A DNA stretch of 64,000 bases from Syntrophorhabdaceae bacterium (GTDB taxonomy: Bacteria > Desulfobacterota > Syntrophorhabdia > Syntrophorhabdales > Syntrophorhabdaceae). The translations under genes and the position numbers were made by a program. Positions within the stretch are counted from its first letter, which is position 1; each line of letters starts with the position of its first letter. Where the stretch lies: the NCBI GenBank assembly GCA_963666485.2, contig CAXXUO010000001.1, forward strand, positions 1,312,001 through 1,376,000, read 5' to 3'. This document shows, one piece after another, positions 38,455 through 48,570 of the stretch. Below the pieces are notes generated by a model, which saw only the letters and a program-made list of their open reading frames with translations, had not been told where the DNA came from and did no database searches.

Positions 38455-38952
38455 ATGTCGGAAGAAAAACAATGTCAGTGCGCCGAGATTCAGGAGGAGG
38501 AGCTCTACCCCCGGCTGGACGAGGTGATAAACCAGCACAAGGGGAAAGGGGAAGACCTTATCATGGTTCTCCACAAGGCGCAGAACCTGTTTGGCTATCT
38601 TCCCAGACGTGCGCAGGAAATGGTTGCCGAGGGATTGAATGTCTCCCTCAATGAGGTCTATGGCGTCATAACATTCTACAATTTCTTCTCCACCGTGCCT
38701 CAGGGACGCAACAGCGTCAAGGTATGCCTCGGTACGGCATGCTATGTCAGGGGTTCCCAGGAAGTCCTCGACAAAGCGCAGAAAGAGCTCGGGATCAAAG
38801 TGGGCGGGACGACCGAGGACCGCCGCTATTCCCTCGATGTTGTGCGCTGTATCGGTGCATGCGGCCTTGCGCCTGCAATGCTGGTGAATGAAGATGTGTA
38901 TGGGCGTGTGAAATCGCCGCATCTCGTCGATATACTCAAAAAGTACGAGTAA
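38455..38952 (+). CDS. hydC: HydC/NuoE-like [2Fe-2S] subunit
   Basis: VCLGTACY, RCIGACG. Confidence 0.92.
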   Translation: MSEEKQCQCAEIQEEELYPRLDEVINQHKGKGEDLIMVLHKAQNLFGYLPRRAQEMVAEGLNVSLNEVYGVITFYNFFSTVPQGRNSVKVCLGTACYVRGSQEVLDKAQKELGIKVGGTTEDRRYSLDVVRCIGACGLAPAMLVNEDVYGRVKSPHLVDILKKYE

Positions 38953-38967
38953 GGAGGAAGGTTAACC

Positions 38968-41900
38968 ATGGAGGTATCTCGCGCTCACATATTGGTATGT
39001 GCAGGAGCTGCATGCGTCTCGTCCGGCTGCCGCCAGATCAGGGATGCTGTTGTCAATAAAATCGTCGAGCAGGGTTTGCAGAATGAGATCAAGGTCATCG
39101 AGACAGGCTGTATCGGTTCATGTGATCTGGGTCCGCTCGCACTGGTCTATCCCGAAGGCGTCCTCTACCAGAAGCTGAAACCAGAGGATGCGGAAGAGAT
39201 CGTTACCGAGCACCTGCTCAAGGGACGGATCGTCGACCGCCTGTTGTATAAGGAAGCGACGACGGCAAAGGCGATCCCTTCAATGAAAGAGATCGACTTC
39301 TTCAAGAACCAGATCAAGATCGTCTTGCGCAATTGCGGCGTCATCAACCCGATGAACATCGAGGAATACATTGCGCGGGACGGCTACCTGGCCCTCGGCA
39401 AGGCCCTTACCTCGATGACGAGAGAAGATGTTGTCGAGGAGGTCTTGAAATCAGGGCTTCGCGGCCGCGGCGGCGGCGGGTTCCCGACCGGCCTCAAGTG
39501 GAAATTTGCCCAGCAGTCGCCGGGCGACGTGAAATACGTTGTCTGCAACGCCGATGAAGGCGACCCCGGGGCTTTCATGGACCGCAGCGTTCTCGAAGGC
39601 GACCCGCATAGCGTCATCGAGGCGATGGCAATAGCCGCGTACGCGATAGGGGCGCAGCAGGGCTACGTGTATGTCAGGGCCGAGTATCCGCTTGCGATCG
39701 ACCGCCTGAACTGGGCGATCGGGCAGGCCAGGGAATACAAGTTCCTCGGCAAGAACATCCTGGAGACGGGGTTCAATTTCGACCTCGAGATCCGTATCGG
39801 CGCCGGCGCATTCGTCTGCGGCGAAGAGACGGCCCTCATGATATCGATCGAAGGCAAGCGCGGCGAGCCAAGGCCACGGCCGCCTTTCCCGGTCGTCAAA
39901 GGCCTCTTCAACGCCCCGACACTCCTCAACAACGTCGAAACATACGCCAACATAGCGGCGATCATCAATAACGGTGCCGCCTGGTACGCCCAGTACGGGA
40001 CCGAAAAGAGCAAGGGAACGAAGGTCTTCGCCCTTGCCGGCGCGGTCAACAACACGGGCCTCGTGGAAGTCCCCATGGGCACACCGCTCGGCGACATCGT
40101 CTTCAACATAGGCGGCGGCATCAAGGACGGCAAGAAATATAAAGCCGCACAGTTAGGCGGGCCGTCGGGGGGATGTATTCCCATACAGCACCTGAACGTA
40201 CCGGTCGATTATGAATCGGTCGCGGAGCTTGGTGCGATCGTCGGTTCCGGCGGTCTCATCGTGGCCGACGAAGATACATGTATGGTCGACTTTGCCCGGT
40301 TCTTCCTCGACTTCATCCAGCACGAGTCCTGCGGCAAGTGCCCGCCGTGCCGTATCGGTACGAAAAGGATGCTCGAGATCTTAAAGAGGATCACCCATGG
40401 TGAAGGAAAGCCGACCGACATAGATGACCTCGTCGAGCTTGCGACAAGGATCAAGGATGCAGCGCTCTGCGGCCTCGGCCAGACGGCGCCGAACCCCATT
40501 CTGTCCACACTCAAATTCTTCAAAGATGAATACCTCGAACACATCGAGGACAAGCATTGCCGCGCAGGCGTCTGCAGTGCCCTGTTTGACGCGCCATGCC
40601 AGAACGCATGCCCCGCCGACCAGAATGCGTGGGGCTATGTCACCCTGATAGGCGAAGGCAAAATGAAAGAGGCCATCGCGGTCATCAAGGAAGCGAACCC
40701 GTTCCCGGCCACATTGGGCAGGGTCTGCGTGCACCCGTGCGAAGCGAAATGCCGCCGGGCCCAGATAGACGCACCGGTGTCGATATGTTCACTGAAGCGC
40801 TATGCGGCGGATGTGGACATGGCCTCGTACCCGCGCTACAAACCGCAGGTAGAGCAGCCGAAGGGCAAGAAGGTCGCCGTTATCGGCGCAGGCCCGGCCG
40901 GTCTCGCGGGCGCGTACTTCCTCGCCCTGAAGGGCTACGGGGTGACCGTCTTCGAATCCCTGCCGGTCGCAGGCGGAATGCTGGCAGTCGGTATCCCCGA
41001 TTACCGGCTCCCGCGCGATGTTCTCAACAACGAGATAAAGTCCATCACGGACCTTGGCATCGAGATCAAGTACAACACCGTGTTTGGTAAAGATATAACG
41101 AGCGAGAAGCTTTTCAAGGATGGCTACAGCGCGGTCCTTATCGCAACAGGGGCGCACAAGGGACAGAAACTCGGTGTCCCGGGTGAGGAGACGAAAGGCG
41201 TCCTCGACGGCGTGACCTTCTTGAGGGATGTCAATCTCGGTAATACCATGAAGGTAGAAGGAAAGGTTGTCGTGATAGGCGGCGGAAACGTGGCGATCGA
41301 TGCCGCGCGCGCTGCCTTGAGGCTCGGCGCGGCTGACGTGTCGATCCTGTACAGGCGCGAGAGATCGGACATGCCTGCCTACATCGAGGAGATCGACGAG
41401 GCGGAAGTTGAAGGCATCAAGATCCATACGCTGGTGGCCCCGAAATCAGTCGTGGAAAAAGACGGCAAAGTGGCAGGGATCTCCTGCATGCGGATGCTGC
41501 TCGGCAAGTTCGATTCGGGCGGCAGGCGCAGACCGGAACCAATCACCGGGTCCGACTTTGTTGTCGATGCCGATATGATCATAGCGGCTATCGGCCAGGT
41601 CCCCGACCTGTCATGGATGAACGGTGACGGGGTGAAGGCGGACAAAGCCGGAACAGTCGACGTTAATATGAAGACCCTGGCCACGGCAGCCGAAGGTATA
41701 TTCGCGGCAGGCGACAATGTCAGGGGTCCCGCAACGGTCGTCGAGGCGGTCGGTGACGGCAAGAATGCCGCCATGGCTATCGATGAGTTCCTGGGCGGCG
41801 ACGGTATAGCACCGAACGCATTCCGTGATGAACTCGTCCAGATGACGGTATCGTACGATGAGGCGGAATACCAGAAAGAGATCGGCAGGATGAAAATGCC

Positions 41901-42021
41901 TCACCTGCCGGTATCGAAACGCGACAAGAACTTCAACGAGGTCGTCCTTGGCTATGATAACAAAGCGGCCGTTGAGGAAGCGAAACGGTGTCTCCACTGC
42001 TATGTGAGGACAAGCGAGTAA
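38968..42021 (+). CDS. HydB/NuoF fused to a GltD/NfnB-like FAD/NAD(P)H oxidoreductase, 1017 aa
   Basis: ADEGDPGAFMD, GAGAFVCGEET, GGPSGG, then PCQNACP, GRVCVHPCE, IGAGPAG, IGGGNVAID, YRR, AAGD. Confidence 0.9.
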   Translation: MEVSRAHILVCAGAACVSSGCRQIRDAVVNKIVEQGLQNEIKVIETGCIGSCDLGPLALVYPEGVLYQKLKPEDAEEIVTEHLLKGRIVDRLLYKEATTAKAIPSMKEIDFFKNQIKIVLRNCGVINPMNIEEYIARDGYLALGKALTSMTREDVVEEVLKSGLRGRGGGGFPTGLKWKFAQQSPGDVKYVVCNADEGDPGAFMDRSVLEGDPHSVIEAMAIAAYAIGAQQGYVYVRAEYPLAIDRLNWAIGQAREYKFLGKNILETGFNFDLEIRIGAGAFVCGEETALMISIEGKRGEPRPRPPFPVVKGLFNAPTLLNNVETYANIAAIINNGAAWYAQYGTEKSKGTKVFALAGAVNNTGLVEVPMGTPLGDIVFNIGGGIKDGKKYKAAQLGGPSGGCIPIQHLNVPVDYESVAELGAIVGSGGLIVADEDTCMVDFARFFLDFIQHESCGKCPPCRIGTKRMLEILKRITHGEGKPTDIDDLVELATRIKDAALCGLGQTAPNPILSTLKFFKDEYLEHIEDKHCRAGVCSALFDAPCQNACPADQNAWGYVTLIGEGKMKEAIAVIKEANPFPATLGRVCVHPCEAKCRRAQIDAPVSICSLKRYAADVDMASYPRYKPQVEQPKGKKVAVIGAGPAGLAGAYFLALKGYGVTVFESLPVAGGMLAVGIPDYRLPRDVLNNEIKSITDLGIEIKYNTVFGKDITSEKLFKDGYSAVLIATGAHKGQKLGVPGEETKGVLDGVTFLRDVNLGNTMKVEGKVVVIGGGNVAIDAARAALRLGAADVSILYRRERSDMPAYIEEIDEAEVEGIKIHTLVAPKSVVEKDGKVAGISCMRMLLGKFDSGGRRRPEPITGSDFVVDADMIIAAIGQVPDLSWMNGDGVKADKAGTVDVNMKTLATAAEGIFAAGDNVRGPATVVEAVGDGKNAAMAIDEFLGGDGIAPNAFRDELVQMTVSYDEAEYQKEIGRMKMPHLPVSKRDKNFNEVVLGYDNKAAVEEAKRCLHCYVRTSE

Positions 42022-42048
42022 ACAGGATAAATTAAGGAGCGTGCCTAT

Positions 42049-43773
42049 ATGAAGATCAGCCTTACTATTGACGGGCGTCCGCTGGAGGTCGAAGAGGGGA
42101 TAAGCATTCTTGACGCGGCCAAATCGGCAAATGTCCATATACCGACGCTATGCTACCTGCCCGAGGTCCAGGCGATCGGGGCGTGCAGGGTTTGCCTTGT
42201 CGAGATCGAGGGGAACCGTACGCTTCAGGCGGCCTGTGTATCACCGGTCGCCAAGGGCCAGGTAATATATACGAACACAGACAGGGTCCGCAAGGCGCGG
42301 CGTTTTGCCGTCGAAATGCTCCTGTCCAACCACCCCTTCGACTGCTTGAGCTGTGCAAAGAACCTCCATTGCGACCTGCAGTCGCTTGCCTATGAACTCG
42401 GCATCCGTGAGATCAGGTTCACCGGGGAACAATCAACCGGCAGGATCGATGAATCCTCCCCGTCCATACGGCGTGACCAGAATAAATGCATCCTGTGCAG
42501 GCGGTGTGTGACCGTGTGCCAGGATATCCAGTCCGTAACCGCCCTTTTCATGCAGGGCAGGGGCTTTGAGACCCGGGTCGAACCCGCATTTGACCGCGAC
42601 ATCAACGATGTCGCATGCACGAATTGCGGCCAGTGCTCGATCGTCTGCCCCGTTGGTGCAATTACGGAAAAAGAATATATCGATGACGTGTTCGCGGCCA
42701 TTTACGATCCCACGAAATTTGTCGTCATCCAGGATGCGCCCGCGGTGAGGGCGGCCCTCGGCGAGGAATTCGGGTATCCCCCGGGCACCCTCGTCACGGG
42801 AAAGATGCTCGCAGCCGCCCGGAAGCTCGGTTTTGACCGGGTTTTCGATACCAATTTTGCCGCCGACCTGACCATCCTCGAAGAAGGGACCGAATTGTTG
42901 ACCCGGGTCAAGGAAGGCGGGACACTCCCCATGATAACGAGCTGCAGTCCCGGCTGGATCAAGTTCATTGAGCATTTCTACCCGGAACTGCTCGACCATC
43001 TCTCCACGTGCAAATCACCGCACATGATGCTGGGCGCACTGACAAAGACGTATTTCGCTAAAAAGGCGGGCGTCGACCCGAAGGATATCGTGGTCGTATC
43101 CGTCATGCCGTGTACGGCGAAGAAGTTCGAGTGCAACCGGCCGGAGATGTATGACAGCGGGTATAAGGATGTCGATTACGTCCTGACAACGCGCGAATTT
43201 GCGAAAATGATCAAACAGGCCGGAATTGATTTCGAGAACCTTCCCGATGAAATGTATGATGACCCTATGGGTGAATATACCGGCGCAGCCACGATCTTCG
43301 GCGCAACCGGCGGGGTTATGGAAGCGGCATTGAGGACTGCCTACGAGGTAGCGACCGGCCGTGTCCTTGAAAATGTTGAATTTACGGCGGTGCGCGGGCT
43401 TGAAGGGATAAAAGAGGCGACAGTGCCCGTCGAAGGCCTGGGAGATGTGAGGGTTGCCGTGTCGCACGGTCTTGGCAATGCCCGCAAACTGCTCGACAGG
43501 ATAAAGGCAGGCGAGGCCAACTACCACTTCATCGAAGTCATGGCCTGTCCCGGCGGGTGCGTGGGCGGCGGCGGCCAGCCGATCCCGGTCACGAACGAGA
43601 TCAGGATCTTGAGGGCACAGGCCCTGTACAACGAGGACGCACACCTGAAATACAGGAAGTCCCACGAGAACCCGTCGATCACGAAGATCTACGAAGAATT
43701 CCTGGGTGCGCCGCTGGGTGAGAAATCACATCACCTGCTGCATACCCACTATACACCGCGAAACAAAATCTAG
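42049..43773 (+). CDS. hydA: [FeFe]-hydrogenase catalytic subunit (group A)
   Basis: ITSCSPGW, MPCTAKKFE, EVMACPGGCVGG. Confidence 0.93.
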   Translation: MKISLTIDGRPLEVEEGISILDAAKSANVHIPTLCYLPEVQAIGACRVCLVEIEGNRTLQAACVSPVAKGQVIYTNTDRVRKARRFAVEMLLSNHPFDCLSCAKNLHCDLQSLAYELGIREIRFTGEQSTGRIDESSPSIRRDQNKCILCRRCVTVCQDIQSVTALFMQGRGFETRVEPAFDRDINDVACTNCGQCSIVCPVGAITEKEYIDDVFAAIYDPTKFVVIQDAPAVRAALGEEFGYPPGTLVTGKMLAAARKLGFDRVFDTNFAADLTILEEGTELLTRVKEGGTLPMITSCSPGWIKFIEHFYPELLDHLSTCKSPHMMLGALTKTYFAKKAGVDPKDIVVVSVMPCTAKKFECNRPEMYDSGYKDVDYVLTTREFAKMIKQAGIDFENLPDEMYDDPMGEYTGAATIFGATGGVMEAALRTAYEVATGRVLENVEFTAVRGLEGIKEATVPVEGLGDVRVAVSHGLGNARKLLDRIKAGEANYHFIEVMACPGGCVGGGGQPIPVTNEIRILRAQALYNEDAHLKYRKSHENPSITKIYEEFLGAPLGEKSHHLLHTHYTPRNKI

Positions 43774-43786
43774 AGCGGCCTTATAA

Positions 43787-43826
43787 TCCCTGCGCTCCCG
43801 GCGGTCCATGCCGGAAGCGCAGGGAT
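43787..43826. terminator. Hairpin between convergent genes
   Basis: ATCCCTGCGCTCCCGGC..GCCGGAAGCGCAGGGAT, no long U tract. Confidence 0.5.
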
Positions 43827-43875
43827 GCTGTACCTGTACACTACCGGATCTCCACTCGCTGCGTTTCGATCTTCG

Positions 43876-44211
43876 CTACTTGATCATGACAAGGAGCATT
43901 TTATAACGCGTGACCGCTTTCAGGGCATGAGGCTTATGTGCCGGCATAATGATCATCTCCCCTTCCTTGACGGTGTGCGGCTTGCCGTCTATCGTTATCG
44001 TCGCCTCGCCTTCAAGGATAAGGACGGCTGCATCGAACGGGGCGGTATGCTCGCTCAGGCCCTCGCCCTCATCGAACGCGAATACCGTCATCGTGCTGGC
44101 AGGTTTCCGGACTATCTCACGGCTCACGACAGAATGGTCCTGGTATGCAGCCAGGTCTTTCAGGCAAAACGGTCGGGTTTCCCTGTCGAGTGCGATAAAG
44201 TTTTCGCTCAT
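43876..44211 (-). CDS. Cupin domain protein
   Basis: FAFDEGEGLSEHTAPFDA, MPAHKPHAL; GGAGG RBS before 44211. Confidence 0.87.
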   Translation of the reverse strand: MSENFIALDRETRPFCLKDLAAYQDHSVVSREIVRKPASTMTVFAFDEGEGLSEHTAPFDAAVLILEGEATITIDGKPHTVKEGEMIIMPAHKPHALKAVTRYKMLLVMIK

Positions 44212-44323
44212 GGAATCCTCCTTCTTTATATTTTTAACATACAACAGAAAATTCCGTATGTTTTTGACCCAGGTCAAATTTTGTGGATTGTTTCGGTGCT
44301 AAGGTTTAAAAGAATGGAAGGGC

Positions 44324-45757
44324 ATGATGACTGATTTCAGGACTGAAAGGGATGCGCTGGGCGAAATGAATGTCCCCGCCGATGCCTACTGGGGCATCCA
44401 TACACAGAGGGCCTTGAAGAACTTTGCCGTCTCTTCCTTCCGTGTCCCCGGCGAAATGATCATCGCGCTCGCAGAGGTCAAGCTCGCCTGCGCACGAGCG
44501 AACATGCGCGCGGGGCTTCTCGACACCGGCATCGGTGATGCGATCGCTCAGGCTGCGAAGGAAGTGGCCGGCGGCGCATTAGCCGATCAGTTCATCGTGG
44601 ACGCCTTCCAGGGAGGGGCCGGGACTTCGACCAATATGAATATGAACGAGGTGCTTGCCAACCGGGCCATCGAGCTCACCGGTGGGCAAAAAGGCGATTA
44701 CAGCATCGTCCACCCCCTCGACCATGTCAATCTTTCGCAATCGACCAATGATGTCTATCCGACCGCGCTGAAGGTCGCAGCTGTGAGGCTCGTCATAACG
44801 TTAAGCGAGGGTATCGCCCGGCTGCAGGGATCATTTCAGAATAAGGAAAAGGAATTCGCAGGCATCCTGAAGCTCGGGCGGACCGAGATGCGCGACGCCG
44901 TTCCGATCATGCTGGGACAGGAATTCGGTGCGTACGCCGAGGCATTCGCCCGGGACAGGTGGCGCCTTTTCAAGGTCGAAGAACGCTTACGCCAGGTGAA
45001 TCTCGGCGGGACTGCCGTCGGGACGGGCCTTAACGCGCGACGCGAATATATCGCATACGCCATAGAAGAACTGCAGGATATTACCGGGCTTGGTATCGCG
45101 CGCGCGGAGAACATGATCGACATAACCCAGAACGCCGACGTCTTCGCCGAGGTCTCGGCTCTCATCAAGGCAGCGGCTGTCAACCTCGCCAAGGTGTCTG
45201 CGGACCTGCGCCTTCTTTCCCTGGGGCCCCGCGGCGGCCTCGCGGAGATCAGCCTGCCCGTCCGCCAGGAAGGGTCCTCGATCATGCCCGACAAGGCAAA
45301 TCCTGTCATCAGCGAGATGGCGTCGAGCGTTGCCTTCCAGGTTATGAGCCTCGACCACGCGGTGACCCTTGCGGCATCGTCGGGGCAGCTCGAGCTCAAC
45401 GCCTTCATGCCGCTTATCGCCTTCAACCTTCTCACGGAACTCAAGATCATGATAAATGCCGTGTCCATCTTCCGGACGGAGCTCGTCGACGGGGTGACCG
45501 CGGATGAAGGGCGCTGCAGGAAATGGCTCGAGGACAGCCTGTGCCTCGCCACGGCCCTTGCCCCGTATATCGGGCACGAGGCGGCGGCGGAGATATCGCG
45601 GGTGGCGCGCACCGAGGGTAAGACGATCGGCGAGATCGCTGTTGAAAAAGGGTATTTTTCCGCTGAAGAGATCGGGTCCATATTCAAATCCCGGGAACTG
45701 ACTCGCCCGGGAATAGCGGGATCAAGCAAGGTAAAGAGGCAGGACAACAAAAAATGA
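44324..45757 (+). CDS. aspA: Aspartate ammonia-lyase
   Basis: YWGIHTQRA, QGGAGTSTNMN.NEV, SQSTND, GSSIMPDKANPV. Confidence 0.88.
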   Translation: MMTDFRTERDALGEMNVPADAYWGIHTQRALKNFAVSSFRVPGEMIIALAEVKLACARANMRAGLLDTGIGDAIAQAAKEVAGGALADQFIVDAFQGGAGTSTNMNMNEVLANRAIELTGGQKGDYSIVHPLDHVNLSQSTNDVYPTALKVAAVRLVITLSEGIARLQGSFQNKEKEFAGILKLGRTEMRDAVPIMLGQEFGAYAEAFARDRWRLFKVEERLRQVNLGGTAVGTGLNARREYIAYAIEELQDITGLGIARAENMIDITQNADVFAEVSALIKAAAVNLAKVSADLRLLSLGPRGGLAEISLPVRQEGSSIMPDKANPVISEMASSVAFQVMSLDHAVTLAASSGQLELNAFMPLIAFNLLTELKIMINAVSIFRTELVDGVTADEGRCRKWLEDSLCLATALAPYIGHEAAAEISRVARTEGKTIGEIAVEKGYFSAEEIGSIFKSRELTRPGIAGSSKVKRQDNKK

Positions 45758-46992
45758 CAGACACGCTTAACCAGACACCGCGGGGCAGCCGCCTCCACAT
45801 CGCGATCTTCGGCAGGCGCAACGCCGGTAAGTCAAGCCTTATCAACGCACTGACGAGCCAGGACATTGCGATCGTCTCCGACGTCCCGGGAACCACGACG
45901 GACCCTGTCTACAAATCCATGGAGATCCTGCCGATCGGGCCGGTCGTCATTATCGACACGGCGGGCATCGACGACACCGGCGATCTCGGCAGGCTCAGGA
46001 TAGAAAAGGCGCTCGGCGTCCTGAACAAAACAGACCTCATGCTCCTCGTCGTCGACCCGGTCGCCGGTTACGGGCAATTCGAAGAGGATATCATTGCCCG
46101 TGCGGCCGAGAACAAGGTACCCGTCGTTATCGTTGTGAATAAAATGGACCGGCACCCCGGATACGTTCCGGATGAGGCGTTAAGCCGCGCCGGCCGTCCC
46201 GTGATCATGGTGAGCGCGCTTACCCGTCAGGGCATCGATGATCTCAAGATGGCGATGATCAAAGAGGCCCCGAAGGACTTCATGAACCCGACGATCTTGG
46301 GGGACCTCATAGGCCCCGGTGACACCGTTGTCCTTGTCACCCCGATCGACCTTGCCGCCCCGAAAGGCAGGCTTATCCTCCCGCAGGTCCAGACGATCCG
46401 GGACATACTCGACAACGAGGCCATGGCTTTCGTCGTAAAGGAAAGGGAGCTCAAGGGTGCGCTCGCCGCGCTGAAAGACAAGCCGCGCCTCGTCGTTACG
46501 GATTCCCAGGCCTTCAACAAGGTGGCTGCGGACACACCCAAAGACGTTCCTATGACGTCTTTCTCGATACTCTTCGCGCGCCACAAAGGGAACCTCACCG
46601 CACTCGTAAAAGGCGTCAAAGCAATCGATGATCTCGAGCCGGGAGACAGGGTGCTGATTTCGGAGGCCTGTACCCATCACAGGGTGGAAGATGATATTGG
46701 AACGGTAAAGATACCGCGATGGCTGAATCAGCTTGTCGGGGGCCCGCTCGATTACGCGACGGTGAGCGGCCTTGAATTGCCGCAGGACCTCACGCAGTAC
46801 AAGCTCATCATACATTGCGGGGCATGCATGATAAACCGGAAGGAAATGCTTCACCGGATCATGGTGGCGCAGCACGCCGGGATACCGATCGTGAATTACG
46901 GGGTCCTTATAGCCCACGTCATGGGTATACTCGAAAGGGCACTGAGGCCATTCCCCGAGGTCCGGGAGGTTTTGGAAAATGGCGAAAAATAA
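45754..46992 (+). CDS. hydF: [FeFe]-hydrogenase maturation GTPase HydF
   Basis: GRRNAGKSS, DTAG, NKMD, EACTHH, HCGACM. Confidence 0.95.
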   Translation: MTDTLNQTPRGSRLHIAIFGRRNAGKSSLINALTSQDIAIVSDVPGTTTDPVYKSMEILPIGPVVIIDTAGIDDTGDLGRLRIEKALGVLNKTDLMLLVVDPVAGYGQFEEDIIARAAENKVPVVIVVNKMDRHPGYVPDEALSRAGRPVIMVSALTRQGIDDLKMAMIKEAPKDFMNPTILGDLIGPGDTVVLVTPIDLAAPKGRLILPQVQTIRDILDNEAMAFVVKERELKGALAALKDKPRLVVTDSQAFNKVAADTPKDVPMTSFSILFARHKGNLTALVKGVKAIDDLEPGDRVLISEACTHHRVEDDIGTVKIPRWLNQLVGGPLDYATVSGLELPQDLTQYKLIIHCGACMINRKEMLHRIMVAQHAGIPIVNYGVLIAHVMGILERALRPFPEVREVLENGEK

Positions 46993-47055
46993 GGGCATCG
47001 GGGTTTCTTTACATTTCGCAGAACGCGCAATATACTTAGGTGACGGAGGCCGCAT

Positions 47056-48471
47056 ATGAAGAGAAATGACGAGGTACAGCGGGCCGATTTTATTGATGAA
47101 GCAAAAATATTCCGGACGCTGGAAAAGGCAAAGAACGCTTCGGTTGCCGAGGTGCTCGACATCATAGAAAAAGGACGTGAGGCAAAGGGCCTTGACCCCT
47201 ATGAGACCGCGGTGCTCCTGCACGCCGCGGACGGAGATGTCGAGCATGCCCTCTTTAAGGCGTCCCGTGAGGTCAAGGAAAAGATATACGGGCAGCGCCT
47301 TGTTCTCTTTGCGCCGCTCTATATCAGCAATTACTGCATCAACAATTGTACATATTGCGGGTACAGGCGGCACAACGCAATACCGAGGGAACGCCTTACG
47401 ATGGACGAGATCGAGCGCGAGGTCATCGCCCTCGAGGCCATGGGGCACAAGCGGATCGCCCTGGAAGTCGGTGAGGACCCGAAGAATTGCCCGATCGACT
47501 ATGTCCTCGAGGCCATGAAAAAGATCTATTCCGTCAAAGAATCGACGGGGAGCATCCGGCGCATTAACGTCAACATCGCCGCGACGACGGTCGAGGATTA
47601 TCGCAAGCTCAAAGAGGCGGGGATAGGCACGTACATCCTTTTCCAGGAGACCTACCACCGCGAGACATATAAAAAGAGCCACCCCGCAGGCCCGAAAAAG
47701 GATTATGACTGGCACACGACGGCAATGGACCGTGCGATGCAGGCGGGCATCGACGATGTCGGTTTAGGGGTCCTTTTCGGCCTTTTCGACTACAAATACG
47801 AGGTCCTCGGACTCCTCTACCATTCGCTCCACCTCGAGGAGCGCTTCGGGGTCGGGTGCCACACCATCTCTGTCCCGCGCATGAGGCCGGCCGAAGGGAT
47901 CAATTTCGACACATTCCCATACCTGGTGAACGATCACGATTTCAAGAGGATGGTATCCATCATACGGCTTGCAGTTCCCTACACCGGTATGATACTGTCG
48001 ACACGGGAACCTGCCGGATACCGGGACGAGGTCATAGCGCTCGGCATTTCGCAGATCAGCGCGGGTTCCTGCACGGGTGTCGGCGGCTACCACAAGGACA
48101 TCGAAAAGCCGGACAAGAAAACGTACGGGCAGTTCCAGGTGGAAGACAACCGCACGACCGACGAAATGCTCCTGAGTGTTTGCAAGTCGGGTTACCTTCC
48201 CAGTTTTTGCACGGCATGCTACCGGCAGGGACGGACCGGCGACAGGTTCATGGCCCTCGCAAAGACAGGCGAGATCCAGAATATCTGCCAGCCGAACGCG
48301 ATACTGACCTTTAAGGAATTTGTGGTGGACTACGCATCGCCCGAGACCAAAGCGGCAGGTGAAGAGGTGATACGCATGCATCTCGACAAGATAGCGAACC
48401 CGAAGATGCGCAAGGAGATAGAAAAACGGCTCGCGAAGATCGAGGCCGGGGAGAGGGACCTCTATTTTTGA
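47056..48471 (+). CDS. hydG: [FeFe]-hydrogenase maturation radical SAM enzyme HydG
   Basis: NYCINNCTYCGY; C-terminal SFCTACYR...C auxiliary cluster motif (absent from ThiH). Confidence 0.95.
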   Translation: MKRNDEVQRADFIDEAKIFRTLEKAKNASVAEVLDIIEKGREAKGLDPYETAVLLHAADGDVEHALFKASREVKEKIYGQRLVLFAPLYISNYCINNCTYCGYRRHNAIPRERLTMDEIEREVIALEAMGHKRIALEVGEDPKNCPIDYVLEAMKKIYSVKESTGSIRRINVNIAATTVEDYRKLKEAGIGTYILFQETYHRETYKKSHPAGPKKDYDWHTTAMDRAMQAGIDDVGLGVLFGLFDYKYEVLGLLYHSLHLEERFGVGCHTISVPRMRPAEGINFDTFPYLVNDHDFKRMVSIIRLAVPYTGMILSTREPAGYRDEVIALGISQISAGSCTGVGGYHKDIEKPDKKTYGQFQVEDNRTTDEMLLSVCKSGYLPSFCTACYRQGRTGDRFMALAKTGEIQNICQPNAILTFKEFVVDYASPETKAAGEEVIRMHLDKIANPKMRKEIEKRLAKIEAGERDLYF

Positions 48472-48570
48472 CGGTTTACGTCAAAATGACCTTGCCTGCG
48501 CCCGGATTTGCTTATATACTTAGGAAGGCAGAGTGTTGAGTATTAAGGGTTAAATAATTTTTAGGGGGCT

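Noticed and set aside
47056..48471. ThiH as alternative call
   Set aside because: C-terminal CxxC...C auxiliary cluster motif and adjacency to hydF indicate HydG.
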